A DNA stretch of 64,000 bases from Bispira polyomma (GCA_965649765.1 OZ287749.1:7564001-7628000); one strand, 5' to 3'. Counted from the first letter of the stretch, positions 15,201 to 30,200 are shown. The notes: generated by a model not told the origin, from the sequence alone. Program-made: numbers and translations.

Positions 15201-18200
15201 TTACAGTTCCTCATCAATTCTGCAAGGTTATCTCACACATTTTCTTATTCTATTTGTTAACAGAGTGAACTTCCCTCCTATGAAGATTCCTTTGAGTCGC
15301 TGTGTAAACGGATGCAGAGTCTTCAGGTTGTCAATAACAACACAGAGATTCCTAGTCTCGCCGAGTCACAGCATCATCTCGAGGGGCAGTTGGCGCACGC
15401 TCACGAGCTGGCCGAGAACCTGGATTCGCGGATGATCGACTTCACTGGTCAGCGGGAGAGTCTGGAGTCGCAGATTGAACAGGTGACTACATGGCTGGCC
15501 CAGCTCAGGGACAGGATGACCAAAGTGGACGATGTGTCGGGAAGTGACCGCGATCTACTGGAGAGGCTAGAGAAGGCGAAAACAGTGAAACAGGAGCTAC
15601 AGGTCGGCGAGACGAGAGTGAACGACCTTGAGAATCAGATCCAGAAACTAGCCTCGGAATATCAGACACCCGAGGAGGCTGCGCTTGGAAAAGACGTGTC
15701 TGTCATACGCAAGAAATACGGCACAGCCGTCGTCAAGGCGACCAAGGTGGAGGAGAACTTGAGGCAAGCCATCGAGAGCCTGGTGGATGAAGCGAGCCAA
15801 GAGCAGGCCCGATGGTTGAGCTCTGCCCAAGAAAAGGTTGCGTGGTGCTCCGACCTCTCGGGGGACAAGTACAGTATAGAGGCCAAACTGGCGACAGTAC
15901 AGGAACTCTTAGGAAGTGTCGGTCAGGGACAACAGAGGACCGGCGTGATGGCGGAGAAAATTAGTCTCTTACAGGCAGCCTCACCTAGAGATAAACATTC
16001 ACACTTAGAACAGAAGAAGAGGCTTGGACAGGTATCGTGGGATAGCTTTGTGGAGCAGCTTAACACGACCAAGTAAGTAACAGTGTTAATACACAGGGCA
16101 GCTTAATACCACCAAGTATGTACTAGTGTTAGTAGTACAATAACATGATTTTGTAGGGCATTATAAGTTTTCAACTGGCCACCACGAATCAGTATCAGTC
16201 CAAGGGCCATTGTTATTATCACTGATGTACTAGTTTCTGGTCTATTCTACTTTCCAGTCTAAACGGTTTTAGCATTACATCTAAAATGCTTACACATAAA
16301 AATGACAAAACAAACTTTGAATCTTTGAAATGGAAATGTTAATTAATATAAATACACATTTCAATGAGATATTTGCTCTTCAGTGTTTATAACTGGTACC
16401 ATATAAGAGACGTACACAACTTTTTAAATAGACTGGAAACTGGTAGCACCCTCATACTGTTGTATTGTCAGTTACTTTGATTTAGTCTTATTTCAACCTA
16501 ACCTTACAACAGCTGAATTTTGTAAAAATGGAACATTAAAATATCTAAAATATTTAGTAAAAACCCTTAATTTTCTGCCCCACTTTGTAGAGGTCGTCTC
16601 GAGTCCAACATGCACCAGTTAGAAGGTTATGACTCCCTCTACGACAGCCTCTCTCAGTGGCTCAAGGACACTGAGGTCAAGGTCAGAGGTGAGGCCGGGC
16701 TGAGGCCGACAATAGAGGCCAAACAGAGTCAACTGGAGGCCTTTAAAGTGAGTTTTATTGTATTTTGCTTTTTTAACATGCCTTATTGATGCGAGGCATC
16801 GTCTAAAATGCAACAACAGAATCAATAAACAAATAGAGAAGTCCCCCCAAGATATAGCCAAGATTGTAACGAAGAATATAGGGAGTTATACAGGGAGGTA
16901 TTGTGTTTTATTCGCTGTCAATTACTACACCTTTAGATTGTGTACACATATACAAGTGGTTTAAAAAATAACCAGTTTCCAGTAGTGTATATAGGCTGAA
17001 GATAATATTTTGTAAATGCAGTATTAAATACCATGGTGCACTTGTGTGTATACATTACTAAACCCTAAATTCTCACCAAATCACAGAGGGCAGTGGTGAC
17101 CTAGTGGTTAGAAGTGCCTGCTTCACAATCACTGGTCTGTCATCAATGTGGGTTTGAATCCCATTAGGTTCTTGTCATTGTAAGTTTAAGACATTTGATA
17201 AACACTGACCCCTGGTAATTTACCTATAGGGTCAATAATTGTAGAGATTGGTGGCCTTGTGGTTAGAAGCATCAGCTTCACAATCATTGGCCTCTCACCA
17301 ATGTGAATCCTGTTCATTCCTTTATATGGAAAAGTTTGCCAGGTACTCAATATAGGTCGGAGATTTACAGTGGCTTTAGCAAAGGTTTCTTTCACTATTG
17401 AACTTGGTCGTTATGATATGACCTATGTTAAAAGCGCCGTAAAACCCAACTAAATTCAATTTCCACTCACAGATCACAGACACGGACGTGGCAGCCCACA
17501 AACCAGGCCTGGAGTCATTATTAAGACAGGCCGACGAGATCTCTCGTAGTAACACGGACAGTCGGGTGAAGACATACGCTGAACAAGTGGGCACCAGGTA
17601 CAATGCAGTGACTGCAGTTGTCAAGGTGAGAGACAAGGTTGTCTAGGTAACGGGATAATATGGGTGTGCTGGTTTATATGTAGTTTATCTTGATTAGTAA
17701 GGCCTATTGTAACTTGCAATCTGAATGTGTTTTTACAAATGAAAATACTTACGGTAAAATTTCTTATATCATATAAATAGATGATATTTAGTACATTTAC
17801 TATCATTACGGTAAAATTTCTTATATCATACAACTAGGTGATATTTAGTAAATTTACTATCATTACAATTTAGGTAAAAAGATTATTTTAACCAGTTTAT
17901 TATTAGTAAAATTTTCGCTTCATCGCTGTTATTTTTTAAAAAAGAGCAATCCCAATTTGTTGTCTATTTTGTGTCTCTAGGAACACGTTTCTAAGATGAG
18001 CGATAATGTTGGAGATCACATGACCTATGTGGAGAGTTACCGAGCAGCCTCTGATTGGTTGAGTAACGCCAGCGAGTGTCTAGAAGGCTGCGCAGACGTG
18101 AGTGGAGAAAAGACAGTCATGTTAGAACGACTGGAGAATGTAAAGGTAAACTAGGATTGTTATTGCCAGAAATATACAGTCTTCTGCCTAGAACTCTGTG

Positions 18201-21200
18201 AAGTCATTTTGGTTTTTATCAGGCTCAGCCTGATATGGTTTTCACTCTTCGCCTTTATGTATTGGTTTGAAGCAATCAACCTGACCAAACTGAGGGGTAT
18301 TTGCTTAATATTATCAGTTGCTGCCTGATATTGCCACCATTTTGAAAGTACATGTAATATGTAAGGCCTTCAAGGATTGGTGGGAACCAATTGACCTGAT
18401 CAAACTGATGATTAATGTTTCTCACACTGTACGCCTGTGCCTTTTTAAAAGACAACTCTTGTTAATGTAGAGAAATATCTATAGTCTCACAAACACCATT
18501 TACTATCTAGCCAACAGTCCAAAAATGTAAGGACAATGGAAGCTATCATTTTCTCCTAGTATAACATCGCGTAAGTTGTCGTTAAAACAAATAGTTTCTG
18601 TACTACTCCTGTTACTCATATTTACTTGCAGGAGCTTTCACACAATAAGGACGAGGGTCAGGCTAAGTTTCACAAAGCTTTAGAGTGCGGGGAGAAACTG
18701 TACCCGACTACCTCTACAGACGGACGAGAAGTGATCCGTGGTGAGCTGCGTAGTCTGCGTGACGACTGGGACACGTACATGGACGGGCTGGCTGAGGTAC
18801 AGCGCCGCCTGGAGACCACGGTGGTACTATGGGAGGCATACGAGGACGGCTGTGTGTCCTTACAGAGGTGGTTAGAGGAAGTGGAACAAAAAGTGACCAG
18901 CGAGAGCGGAGCAAAGAGTACACTGCCTGAAAAGAAAGGGGCGTTAAATACATACAAGGTGAGTACACTGCCTGAAAAGAAAGGGGTGTTAAATACATAC
19001 AAGGTGAGTACACTGCCTGAAAAGATAGGGGCATCAAATACATACAAGGAGAGTACACTGTTTAAAAAGAAAGGGGCGTTAAATACATACAAGGAGAGTA
19101 CACTGCCTGAAAAGATGTTAAAAATGCACAAAGCTAGTACTCAATTTTAAGAGTGTATGTACACAAAATGAGTACACTGCCCGAAAAAAATAGTAATATT
19201 AGTCGTAAAAATGTTTTGTGTTATAATAAAATATTAAATAGGACTAGTTATAAAAATCTATAAAGGTGAATCTTAAAAAGCTACTGTTTTGCTTTTAACT
19301 TAACTAACCCTGGTTCCCTGTGTTTTAATTTTAATTTAACTAAGCCTGGTTCCCTGTGTTTTCAGTCCCTTCAGCAGGATATTGTGAGTCAGCAGAGCAG
19401 TGTGGACTCTGTAGTAGACAAGGGTCAAGCCCTAGAGACGTCCTCAGTGGCCAGTACTCTGACCCAGCTCAACACACGTTACAGGAGCTTGGGACACGCT
19501 GTTCAGGTAGGGTACTAGTTAGGTACTAATTAGAGGTCCACTCTAGGGGCCGCAGTGGCCTATTGGTTAGAGGCATCAGCTTAACAATCATTGGCCTCTC
19601 ACCAATGTGGGTTAGAATCCGGTTTGTTTCTTCATGTGAGAAAGTTGTTCTTCATAGATTCTTCCACTTTTTAATCCACCCATTGCGATATGACCTAAGC
19701 TGTTGTAAGTGACGTAAAACCCAACTCAATATAATTAAATATATTTAATAATAATAATAGTAATGCATTTTTAACGCGCTTTATTGATGCCAGGCATCTT
19801 CTAAAGCGCAACAGCAGAATCAGTGATCCAATCGTAAAGTCGATGGGCATAGCAAGGTCGTAAGGGTAGGGGGGTTAACAGCTGGTTGATCAGCAAGCAA
19901 CCAGATTGAGTATTAACCCACCCCGTAGCATCCGGCGGCAAGGGGCGCAACTCCCTTTCACGCTTCACATGGTGAAGGGTGCCGTAGGAGAAAGTATATC
20001 TCATCAGATCTTGTTACGATGTTTTTTCACCACCCTATATCTTTACAACGTGGTTCGTATTCTCCAAAGAAACTCGGCTCAAAGTAAGATTCAACTCTGA
20101 TGAAGGCTTTGTGGAAGTTATAGTACATAGAATAAACCCTATACTTATGACCATTTATTTTATTAGAGCTTTCAATGCTGAATTCAAATATGCAAGTCAT
20201 TGTTCACTTAACCCTAGCCAGAGATATGGGGACTTTAGATTTAAGATCTTTAGAGAATACGGCCCCAGATACATGCGTATGATGAGGTGTGGTTGCCTGT
20301 GTCTTGCCTTTCTATATATATTTCTTTTTATATATATATATATATATATATATAGGTACATATCTAAGTATGTGTGTCTTCACCTGTATTTTACCACCTA
20401 ATATGTATTAGGACCAGATATACAACTATGAGCAGGGTCCTTATTCTCGAAAGAAACTCGAGCTCAAAAGGAAGACCATGTGGAAGTTGTGTCAATAGAA
20501 ATTCCTTACATACGTGGACTTTAAATTTGAGCTTGAATCTGAGTTGAGCTTGAGATCTTTCGTGAATACGTCCACAGATGTCTATATCTATTGTTGTCTT
20601 CCCCTATATCTATAGGACCAGGTGCGTGAGTGTGATCAGGTGGTCGTACAGCACCAGGCATATGTAGACGCTCTGGCTCAGACCCGTGAGTGGCTAGACA
20701 CGCAGACGGACAGACTACAAGTGTGTGCAGAGCCCTCTAGTGAGAAACGCAACATACAGACTAAGTTAGACAGACTCAAGGTAAGTGTGGGCAGTATTGG
20801 ATGCTGTTTTTATATCACCAAAAAATGATAAAGAGAAAAGTATTTTTACAAGTACTTCTCTCAAAATGTAGGTTCAATTCCCATTCGTTTCTTCACGTGG
20901 GAAAGTTTGTCTGTACTTGCTGTAAGTCGGTGGCTTTCAGTGCTTCAGCTATATGGGCCAAGCTGCCGAAAGCAAAGTAAATTGCAACTAAATTCAAACT
21001 CTCAAAATGGAAGGGGCCTTGGTGCTGTAGAGATTATGTAACAATCGCCTTGAACCTCTGCAGTAATTTGTAATCTTGACCATGACATGTTTGTGGGAAA
21101 GTTGGCAGTAGATTTGCTGAAGGCTGGTAGTTTGCAATACATCTTGACCAGCTAGCTACCCTGTGTGGAGTTTGCTCTACCAGTATTGAAAGTAATATCA

Positions 21201-24200
21201 ATCCTAGATAAACTCAATCAACAGCGTCAAAGGAACTGTAAGCACAAATCTAGCTTATCTGTCTCAAAAAATTCCTGTTTAGTGAGTTTTTGTAAGTCAT
21301 TGATATTGATCCATATGTACCGTCTGTCTGTTGTTACTATCTATATGACTCTGTTTACACTTCTAGGAGTTACTACCAACAAAACAAGAAGGCGACTCCA
21401 AGGTAACACACGTAAAGTCACTGGCCGAGAAAACCGTGTCGCACACAGCGCCACCTGGTCAGCAGCAGATCCGTCGTGAGCTGGAGACCTTGAACTTTGA
21501 CTGGCAGAAGTACTGTAGTGAGCTGAAGGACGCGGAGTCTGGACTACAGGGGGCGTTAGAGGGCTGGAATGAGTACGATGAGCTGTACGACTCGCTTAAC
21601 AAGTGGCTCACTGACTTGGAGGGGGAAGTGAAGAATTACGAACTGAAGTCCTCACTGGGGGACAAACAAGGACAAGTCGTCAAGTATAAGGTGAGGGGTC
21701 GAGGGTGAGGGATGTAAGGGTGTAATATAGGGCTGAGTGACTTAGAGGGGGAAGTGAAGGATTATGAACTGAGTCATCACTGGGGGACAAACAGGGACAA
21801 GATGTCAAGTATAAGGTGAGGGGTGGTCAGATATAGGGTGTGAGGTCATCAAATGTAAGGTGATAGGTCGTCAGATGTACGGTGAGAGGTAGGGAGCGGG
21901 CGAGGGGGTCAGGGTGTAATATAGGGCTAAGTGACTGAGAGCGAGAAGTAAAGGATTCAGCCTGAAGTCGTTTAAACACAGACAAGTTGTCAAGTAGAAA
22001 GTTAGACATTGTTAAATATAAGGTGAGAGGTTGTTAAATATAAGGTGAGAGGTCGTCAAATGTAAGGTGAGAGGTCGTCAAATGTAAGGAGCAGGCTGGG
22101 GGTTTGGGGGTGAGGGTGTGAAATGGGGCTAACTGACTTCGAGGAGAAAGTGAAGGATTACAAACTAAAGTCGTTGAAACACGGACAGGTTGTCAAATAT
22201 AAGGTGAGAGGTCGTTAGTTATAAGGAGGTCAAATATAAGGTGAGAGGTCGTTAGATATAAGGAAGTCAAATATATGGTGGGGATTAGGGTGTAACATAG
22301 GACTGACTGACTTAGAGAGGAAGTGAGGGACTAGGGGTTAAGTCGTCACTGGGGGAGATACGGGCAAGTCATCAAATATAAGGTGGGTAGTCCTTAAATA
22401 TATGAGGTGATGGGTTGTCAGATATAAGGAGAGGGTAGGGGCAAACAATGGTGGGGGTCAAGGGTATATGAGGTGAGGAGATGTCCGATATAAGGTGAGG
22501 GTAGGGGCAGACGGTGGTGGGAGATAAGGGTGTATGAGGTGAGGGTAGGGGCAGACAGTAGTGGAGACAAGGCTGTAACATAGCAGTGTACAGACGGATA
22601 TATATATGTTGTTGTTGTATTGGAGATTAGATGTCCTTCAGTTTGCTTTTAAATGTGTTTTTAGTTTGCTGATATATTTGTTGGAATCAATTCGGGTGCA
22701 GGGATATTAACAAAATAAAAGTAGAATGATAAAAACTTCAAAACAAACACAATTTGATAATGAATACATTTTGTAATTACGTTTCTCTCCTGAATGAAAA
22801 CTTTGTTTCAAATTTGGTACTTTTTCTAGTCCTGTCTACTTGTCAGACTTACGCATATTGCCTTATTACACATGTACAGACACATACATCTACAGACACT
22901 TGCTGCTTCCTCAAATGTAAACACCTACATCCGCCAGTGGACTCGTTTACATTTGTGCATCTCAGACCCTCTCTCTGATAAGGTGTTCTACTGTACACTA
23001 TGCATGTGTTGACTTTCTAGTTTTGTTGACGTTTACTCTCTGGTAGGGCTGTTAAAGAGTTCTCGAGGTACTCGTTAAAAAAAGTTTTTTTCCTGACTCA
23101 TAGGTTCAAGTTTGACTTTTAAATAGGCAGTAGAAATTTTACCTATTTTAATCCATTAATGACCATGATTATTAACACCATTGATGACACCATTTCAATT
23201 TAGAGAAACCATGTCTGTTGACGCATTGGCAACACCAATCTATTGCAGTTTCCATGTCACTCGGTTTGTGTTGGAGTGTTTAATATGGTTTCTATGAAGT
23301 ATAGCGGGATAGATATGGTTTCTACAAACTATAGTGAGACTACTGTATGCAGGAGTAAATTTTGAAGACTATCATTCTATAATCTTTGTAGTATATTGAT
23401 TAAATCTCAACGATAGTGTTTACAAAATAAAGCTAAATATGGCCGTTTCTGTAGTTTACCACAAAAAATTAAGCTAAATAAGGCTGTTTCTGTAGTTTAC
23501 AGCAAACTATTCCCTGTGTCGTGAAGGATTAAGCAAGACTCACTTCAGAGGCCGTATTCACAAACATTTCTGGACTACAAATTCTTTGAAACATTGTTTT
23601 TAGCCAGTAAAATTGATTGAGACAAAAATTTGAAGACTAAGAATGTTTGAATACCAGCCCAGGTCTTTGGTGTTTTTAACACCCTGGAGAGAGAAATCCT
23701 TTAAGATATAAGGGTTCCAAGATTTGACTCGAATACTAAACTCACTACTCATTTTTCAGCCCTACAAAACAAGACACAAATTCATGTCTCTCTCTATCTT
23801 TATATATATTTGTACATGTACATCTGGGTGTGGTATGTGTGTGTGTGTTACCTAGGAGATAGATCATGTGATCAGGGCCAAGCAGTCTCAGTTTGACAGC
23901 TTAAACGTGAAAACGACAGTGATTCCCACCAGTCCCCGCCAGGCGGCAGCACTAGAGGTGCCCAGTGTGCGCACATTAGGGAGCGTGATGGCCTACAGGG
24001 TTGGTTGTTTACACTGAGTGGCATGGGCGTGGTTTTGGACGTAAAAACTAATGTGTGTGTTCTGTCGTTTTTTACCCACTCGAGTTTTGCCCTGAGTCCC
24101 TTTCCAACCATGTGTTATTGTGTAGATTCCGTTGTGTAGATTTGGTTGTCTAGTTCGTAAATGTTAATTTTGTGTAGGTTTATAGTAGAAGTGTGACAGA

Positions 24201-27200
24201 TACCAAAAATTAGGCCAGAGTAACCACAAACGTCTAACCTTCTCGATGTGCGTACCCGCATATTTAGTGTGAACCAAAATCCGGAAAACCGGTATGGCAA
24301 TATTGCGGCTGATGTATACAAAAAAAATTAGGCCAAAATTATTGTTTTTATGAAGAAAACATGTCAGACAGGTTATATCTATTAGTTTTCAAAGAGGTTT
24401 CAAATCCTCAAATATTATCAATTACAAAACATGCCACTGTGTGCTGATTACTGGTTACCCATTCACAGCCCTAGTTTATAGTCCGATATCACCTCTCTAT
24501 AAGATCTCAGTTGACTTTACAATTTGCAAAGAGCCTTTAAATTTGTAGATTTTTGGTGGAGAAAATAAATTGATCAATTTAGTTACATGTTAAACACTGA
24601 ATTCCTCGATCACTTAATATTTTGTTATGACCTCTGTAGCAATAGGCTGTTGTTATTAGAGTCAGTCTTAGTCACTGTTACGTGCATTTAGTCTGAAAAT
24701 AGATAGATCCAGTATCACCAGAAACACCCTACCCGTTTATTTAGTTTTTTTATGAGCGAGTCTAGCAAGGCTGTCTTGGTTTTAACGACATAAGTTAACA
24801 ATTTCTCCTTGTGTCAAACATGACAATCCCTGGTGATATATACTCTATATTAGACTCGAGTGGGTAAAAGCTCCACAGAAAGCTACTAACCGTTATTGTT
24901 TTTTATTTACTTTAGATGACAGGTGCTTTTTTGGAATATATTTGTTTCTGCCAGCGCCCCTTGCTGCCCTCCAACCATTTCCAGTATACCTCTTAAACTC
25001 TCTCTCCACAGTGAACAAATTTGTACCTGTGGCCGTATTCTCGAAAAAAATCCCCAAACTCCGACTCAACTCTTGAGTTTTTGCTCAGTTGCTATGGTGA
25101 CACACTCAGATTTTAGTTGAGATTAAATCTCAACTGTTTGTATTCTCCAATATTTTGAGTTGAGATTTTTCCCTCAACTCAAGCTCAAAGTTGAGCAAGG
25201 CTGTACCTGACTTAACTGTAATAAGAGCTGAAATAAAAATATGTTCGAGAATACCAAATAAGGAAAAAAGCTCAACTGAGCCAAAATCTTAGGCTTGAAC
25301 CTAAGTTTGGGTTTGAGTGGGTTTTTCTCGAGAATACTGCCGCTGAATCACAACCTCTTCATATGATCGTGTGTCACATTTCAATAAATAGTAACCATTT
25401 TAAAGCTTTGGTGGCTGATTCAAGCTTTCTTTTAAAATGTATAGTTTGATTTCTTTGCACTGAGAATTTGTGAAAAAAAATTATTGTGAAGATAGAATTT
25501 TGTAATTGTGGGAAAAAAATTAATTATTAGATATCCTTCGAGAAAAATTGAAATGTCACTCCAAATATATCGTAAAATGCTGAGGTTTCCGCATAAACTC
25601 ATAGAAATGATTAATTTATTTGGGTTTGGGGTAATGTTATACTTTTTTTTTAAATACTTAAATATGAAGAACGTTTTCTTTTGGTGGTGAATACTTGGAG
25701 AGGTGTACTGGAAATCAATACCATTTAATAATTTCAGTTTTTTCCAAAAAAATATTTCCGATTTTATCATAATATGCCATTTTTGTATGTATTCATTTCA
25801 GGTTTGTTTCCTATAATAACATTTTATGCACATATTTTACTTTACACACTGAATTGAACTGTTTTGTTTTTGTACACACACATTTTCTGTTTAGTTGTAG
25901 TTTGTTGCTTTATTTTATATTTGTGAATATTTTTCTGTGAAATCAATTAGTATTATGAATAAAGTTATAATGCATATTTTACTTGTTTTAGAAAATTGTA
26001 AAGATTCCAATATTTTTCAGATGATAATGAAATAACAAGTTCAAATAGTAGATAAGTTTCTAATTGCATCTACTTTGTGTGAAGAGAAATTAATTGATTT
26101 TGAGAATTAATTGTGATTGTTGTTCATGTATTTATATGTTTGTTTGCTTTATCACCAAAAAGTTATGCAGTAGATAAATCTTCTATATTGCGAAATTGTG
26201 AATTTTGTTCATACAATAGTGTCTTCAAAAAAAAAACCCAGTTTATCTGATGTTTGGATAACTAGAAATTCATTTAATAGAGGTTACCTGGAATGAGATG
26301 TTGTGGTTTTGTTATGCAGCCCTTTAAGGACATATATTGTCTTTTAACAGAGCCCCAGTTAGGACATGCATACTTTGTTATGGGGCCCCTTTATAGACAT
26401 CCATACTTTTGTCGTTCACACCTTTATCTCATTATATCAAGTAGTCTCATTCCAACAACTTAATTATCTCATCCCCACAAGATAGCAATGAGATGATTAT
26501 GTAATTATAGCAAGATAAATAAGTTTTTTTACCAAGATAAATTTTTGTTTATAACAAGGTAATTGAATATTTTTATTTCATGCCCTCTTTTTCCCAGTTA
26601 TTGTATCTACTGGAAAACTCTGGTGGATACTATGGATTAGTCATCGTTACACCGCTGCCGCCACCATGTCAGTGTGTGTAGAGATTTTACCGTTCTCCTG
26701 GGAAAACTTTTACACATAGGCTCCTGAAATTTACAGGAGGTTCTTTCTCTTACAAAAGCTTGCCTGTAAGTTATTTTGGCCTCACTTTGACAGAGAAGAT
26801 GGCCGCCACAGGCGTTTCTTTCAAAATAATCAGGCTTTTAACCGTGTCTGTTTCTCAGGTGTAGAAGGTTGAATCTCTTTACGGGTGATATGTGTAACAG
26901 ATATATATGTCCTTTATAAGCATGCAGACATTTGACCTTGAATCTCGCTTATTATTCGTCGTAGAGGTTTGGGATATGAAACCAACCTATAGGAAATCAT
27001 GGGCTACTAATCTTTTGCTGTAGTCAGATTTGACCTTGGATCCCTCATGCAAGGTCAAACGGGTAGGCCAAACTTTGAAGTGCCTATCTCACACTTATTG
27101 GTCCCACCTGTTTGCAATGTGAAACTCACTTGTTTTAGCATGAATGCCCTATAGGAAATCATAGGGTCCTAGCTTGGGTGCTAGCTAGGGTGCTTGCTAC

Positions 27201-30200
27201 CTAGGGTGATTTGTCTTTCTGGTGGATACAAATCTGCTTCGGTTCTCTGATATGCCAGATCTAGTTTCCTTATAGAAAGATACACCAGGACAGATTTTGA
27301 GGTTATTATGATTTTCAAGTTTAAGACTTCAGGGCCTGTGTTCAATGAGCGACTTAGCCAAGTCTTAGGCGTAAATCTAGCACAATAGTATACTGATTTA
27401 AGCCTAAGACTTGGCTAAGTCCCTTCGTAAATAAGGGCCTTTATAAACAATGACCACTGGTGATTTCTACTAGTACATTCAATGATTGCAGAGATTGGTC
27501 GCCTAGTGGTTAGAAGCATCAGCTTCATAATCACTGGCCTCACACCAATCTAGGTTTGAATCATATTTCTTCCTTCATGTGACAAAGTTTGTCAGGCACT
27601 TGCCATAGGACGGTGGATTTTTTTACCATTAAACCTGGCCGTCACAATATGACCTAAGCTGTTGAAAATGTAAAACCCAACTAAATTTAAATTTATTTTC
27701 ATTTCATATGGAGATGCATTTCTAAAATCTGTTAGATTCGCTTAGATTATGATAACCTAAGACCAATGATAATATAGTAATATTAATATAGTTAAATAGG
27801 TGCTATAAAAATTAATAATTTCTATTAGATTGTGTAAAATGGTCCATACATACAATAATATTGCAGAGTCAACCATCTCTTCAATATCACTGCTGTAAAT
27901 TGGGTAGCTAAATAGATTTCAAGATCTTTAAAAACTCTTCTAACTATTTCGGTTGACTATTTTGTACAAAACTTTTGATTTCACGCTCTTACTGTTGGCT
28001 CTCTGGGTGTGTTTCTTGTACTTGATGTTCTATTGGAGTTCCTGTGTGTGTATAAATGTTTTGCTGATATTTCACATATGTATCTGTATATAAATGGAAA
28101 GAAAAGTTCAAGTGAATTTAGACAGATGTACATACATATTTTTGTATTAACAATGTTTATTTTGACAAAGTTATGTTCGAATTTTCAATTTAATGAACAG
28201 TGGTCAAGTTGATTTATTGTTTAAGTTGCATTGTGTTTGAGCAGCAAAGTACATTCTTTTTTTTTACATTTACATGGTGTATTGTTTGGGGTTTGTTAAC
28301 AATCACACCTAAAGGTACTAGTATCGCCCTGACACCACAGAATTACATAAAAATCAACTGTTTATCAATTACTTGCAGGCGATGCAGCAAGATCTAGCCA
28401 GCCGTCAGCCTGATGTAGAAAACATCGGCGTGAAGGCCCAACATCTACAGGCAGCAGAGTCCAAGATGTCTGCCGGTACCTCTCAGTTAAATGCCAGGTA
28501 CCAGGCTCTCAGAATCACCATAAAGGTAGGTACTCTATCTCTCTAAAATATATTTTCTCTAAAGCATTTTAAATAAATATGACGTTGGAAAAGATGCACC
28601 TTATGTTTAAGGTTACATTAAACTCAATGATAATCTTATGAATGTCATGCAATTATTACACTTTGTGTCCATAATTACTTCCCTGTCTTTTCAGTTGTCT
28701 TAAGTTTATAGATTTGTATAATTTGTCTAAAAGGGTTATCAAAGATTTAACTAATCTCTAATAACTTCAAAGTTAAGACGGTCTATGTCATTAGTAATAA
28801 TTAAGCCATATTAAAAAGCGTGATACCTCTAGTGATAGAAAATGATGCCTGATGCTGTTATAGAATGTGCTGAAAGTAGTCTAAGGTGCTTGTGAAGTTT
28901 TAAACAATTTTTTTTAGTTGGGTGCAGTTAAATATTTATAAAATGAAAGTGTGAGTATAAGACTGTTGTACATTGAGGTGCTTCAAGTTAATTGATTAAA
29001 TTTAGAAAAAAAAACAACCCTCAAACTATTCCGATAATTAAAGTCTTCTGACTGTTGTACAATTGTGCTTTGTACAGGACATGATTCAGAAGTGGGAGCG
29101 TCTTGCATCAGAACACGAAGCCTACACCTCGCAGTACGCTGCCGCCACCAAGTGGCTGAATGAGTTAAGTAAGAAAGTACAGGGGTGCGACGATGTGAGT
29201 GGGGAGCAGCGCGTGGTGGAGGAGAGACAGGGTCACCTACAGGAAGTGATCCTAGAGAAGGAAGATGGGGCGCCGCGGGTACACAGAGCCCTGGAGAGCG
29301 GGGAAAAACTCTACCCTAATACAGCCAGTGAGGGACGAGAGATCATTAGACAGGAGCTCAGGTGGGTCTTAAGGAGGGTGTGTGTGAGAGGGGAGGGGAA
29401 CTCTACCCCAATACAGCCAGGGAGAGAGGTTGCGGGTGGGGATGGGGAGGGGGGGGGGACGAGGTATTAGTGGTCTGTTAGGATTTCATTAAAATTCCCT
29501 ACAATGGATCACATGTGTAAGATCGTGTATCTTGCTTATAAAGATAGTTACGGAAATACATTCTAAAATAATCCTAGAAATCTTTGAATCCTAAACAGTG
29601 ATGCTTTATATCATAGACAGTAACATAAAAGCACACTACTACATTGGTGTCCTCAGTCTTCTATAAACAGTTGTTACTGTTGTCATGGTTTTAGGGGTCT
29701 GCGTGAGAAGTGGGAGGGAGTCACAGACGCCCTGTCAGACACACAGAGACAGCTGGAGGTCTGCCTCGGACAACTTAGCTCTTTTGAGGACAGTCGGGAA
29801 CAGTTCTCCAAGTGGCTGACTGACACTGAGGTCAAAGTCAAATTACAGGCTGACCTCAAGGCGACCTTGCAGGAAAAGAAAGTACAGGCACAAAGCCACA
29901 AGGTTAGTAAATCAAGGTCAAGGTCAAACTACAGGCTGACCTTGTGGACACTTAACACAGGAGAAGACAGTAGAGGGTATTTACCACAGTGTAGGTCAAG
30001 GTCACCTTACAGGAGAGAAAAATACAGACACAGAGCCACAAAATGAGTAGTAAAGGTCAAGGTTACACTACAGCCTGACCACAAGGTCACTTTACAGGAG
30101 ATATATGTACTGGTAACAGCTAAGGCCCGCCCACAGTTAAGGCTCACCCTGAATAGAATTGTGAATATCTCTAAAAACCATTGTTATTTGTGTTATTTGA

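Noticed and set aside
17086-17165. tRNA-like sequences with A/B boxes (also 19546, 27496, 39483, 49484)
   Set aside because: Degenerate and fused to common downstream bodies, so they are SINE heads and not tRNA genes.
22896-22982. Possible 87-nt in-frame exon TLAASSNVNTYIRQW...SDK
   Set aside because: Weak acceptor and donor (gtgttc); no spectrin similarity.
23047-23067. Possible 21-nt AG...GT microexon
   Set aside because: Contains an in-frame TAA in phase 0 and coincides with a hAT-like terminus tagggctg.
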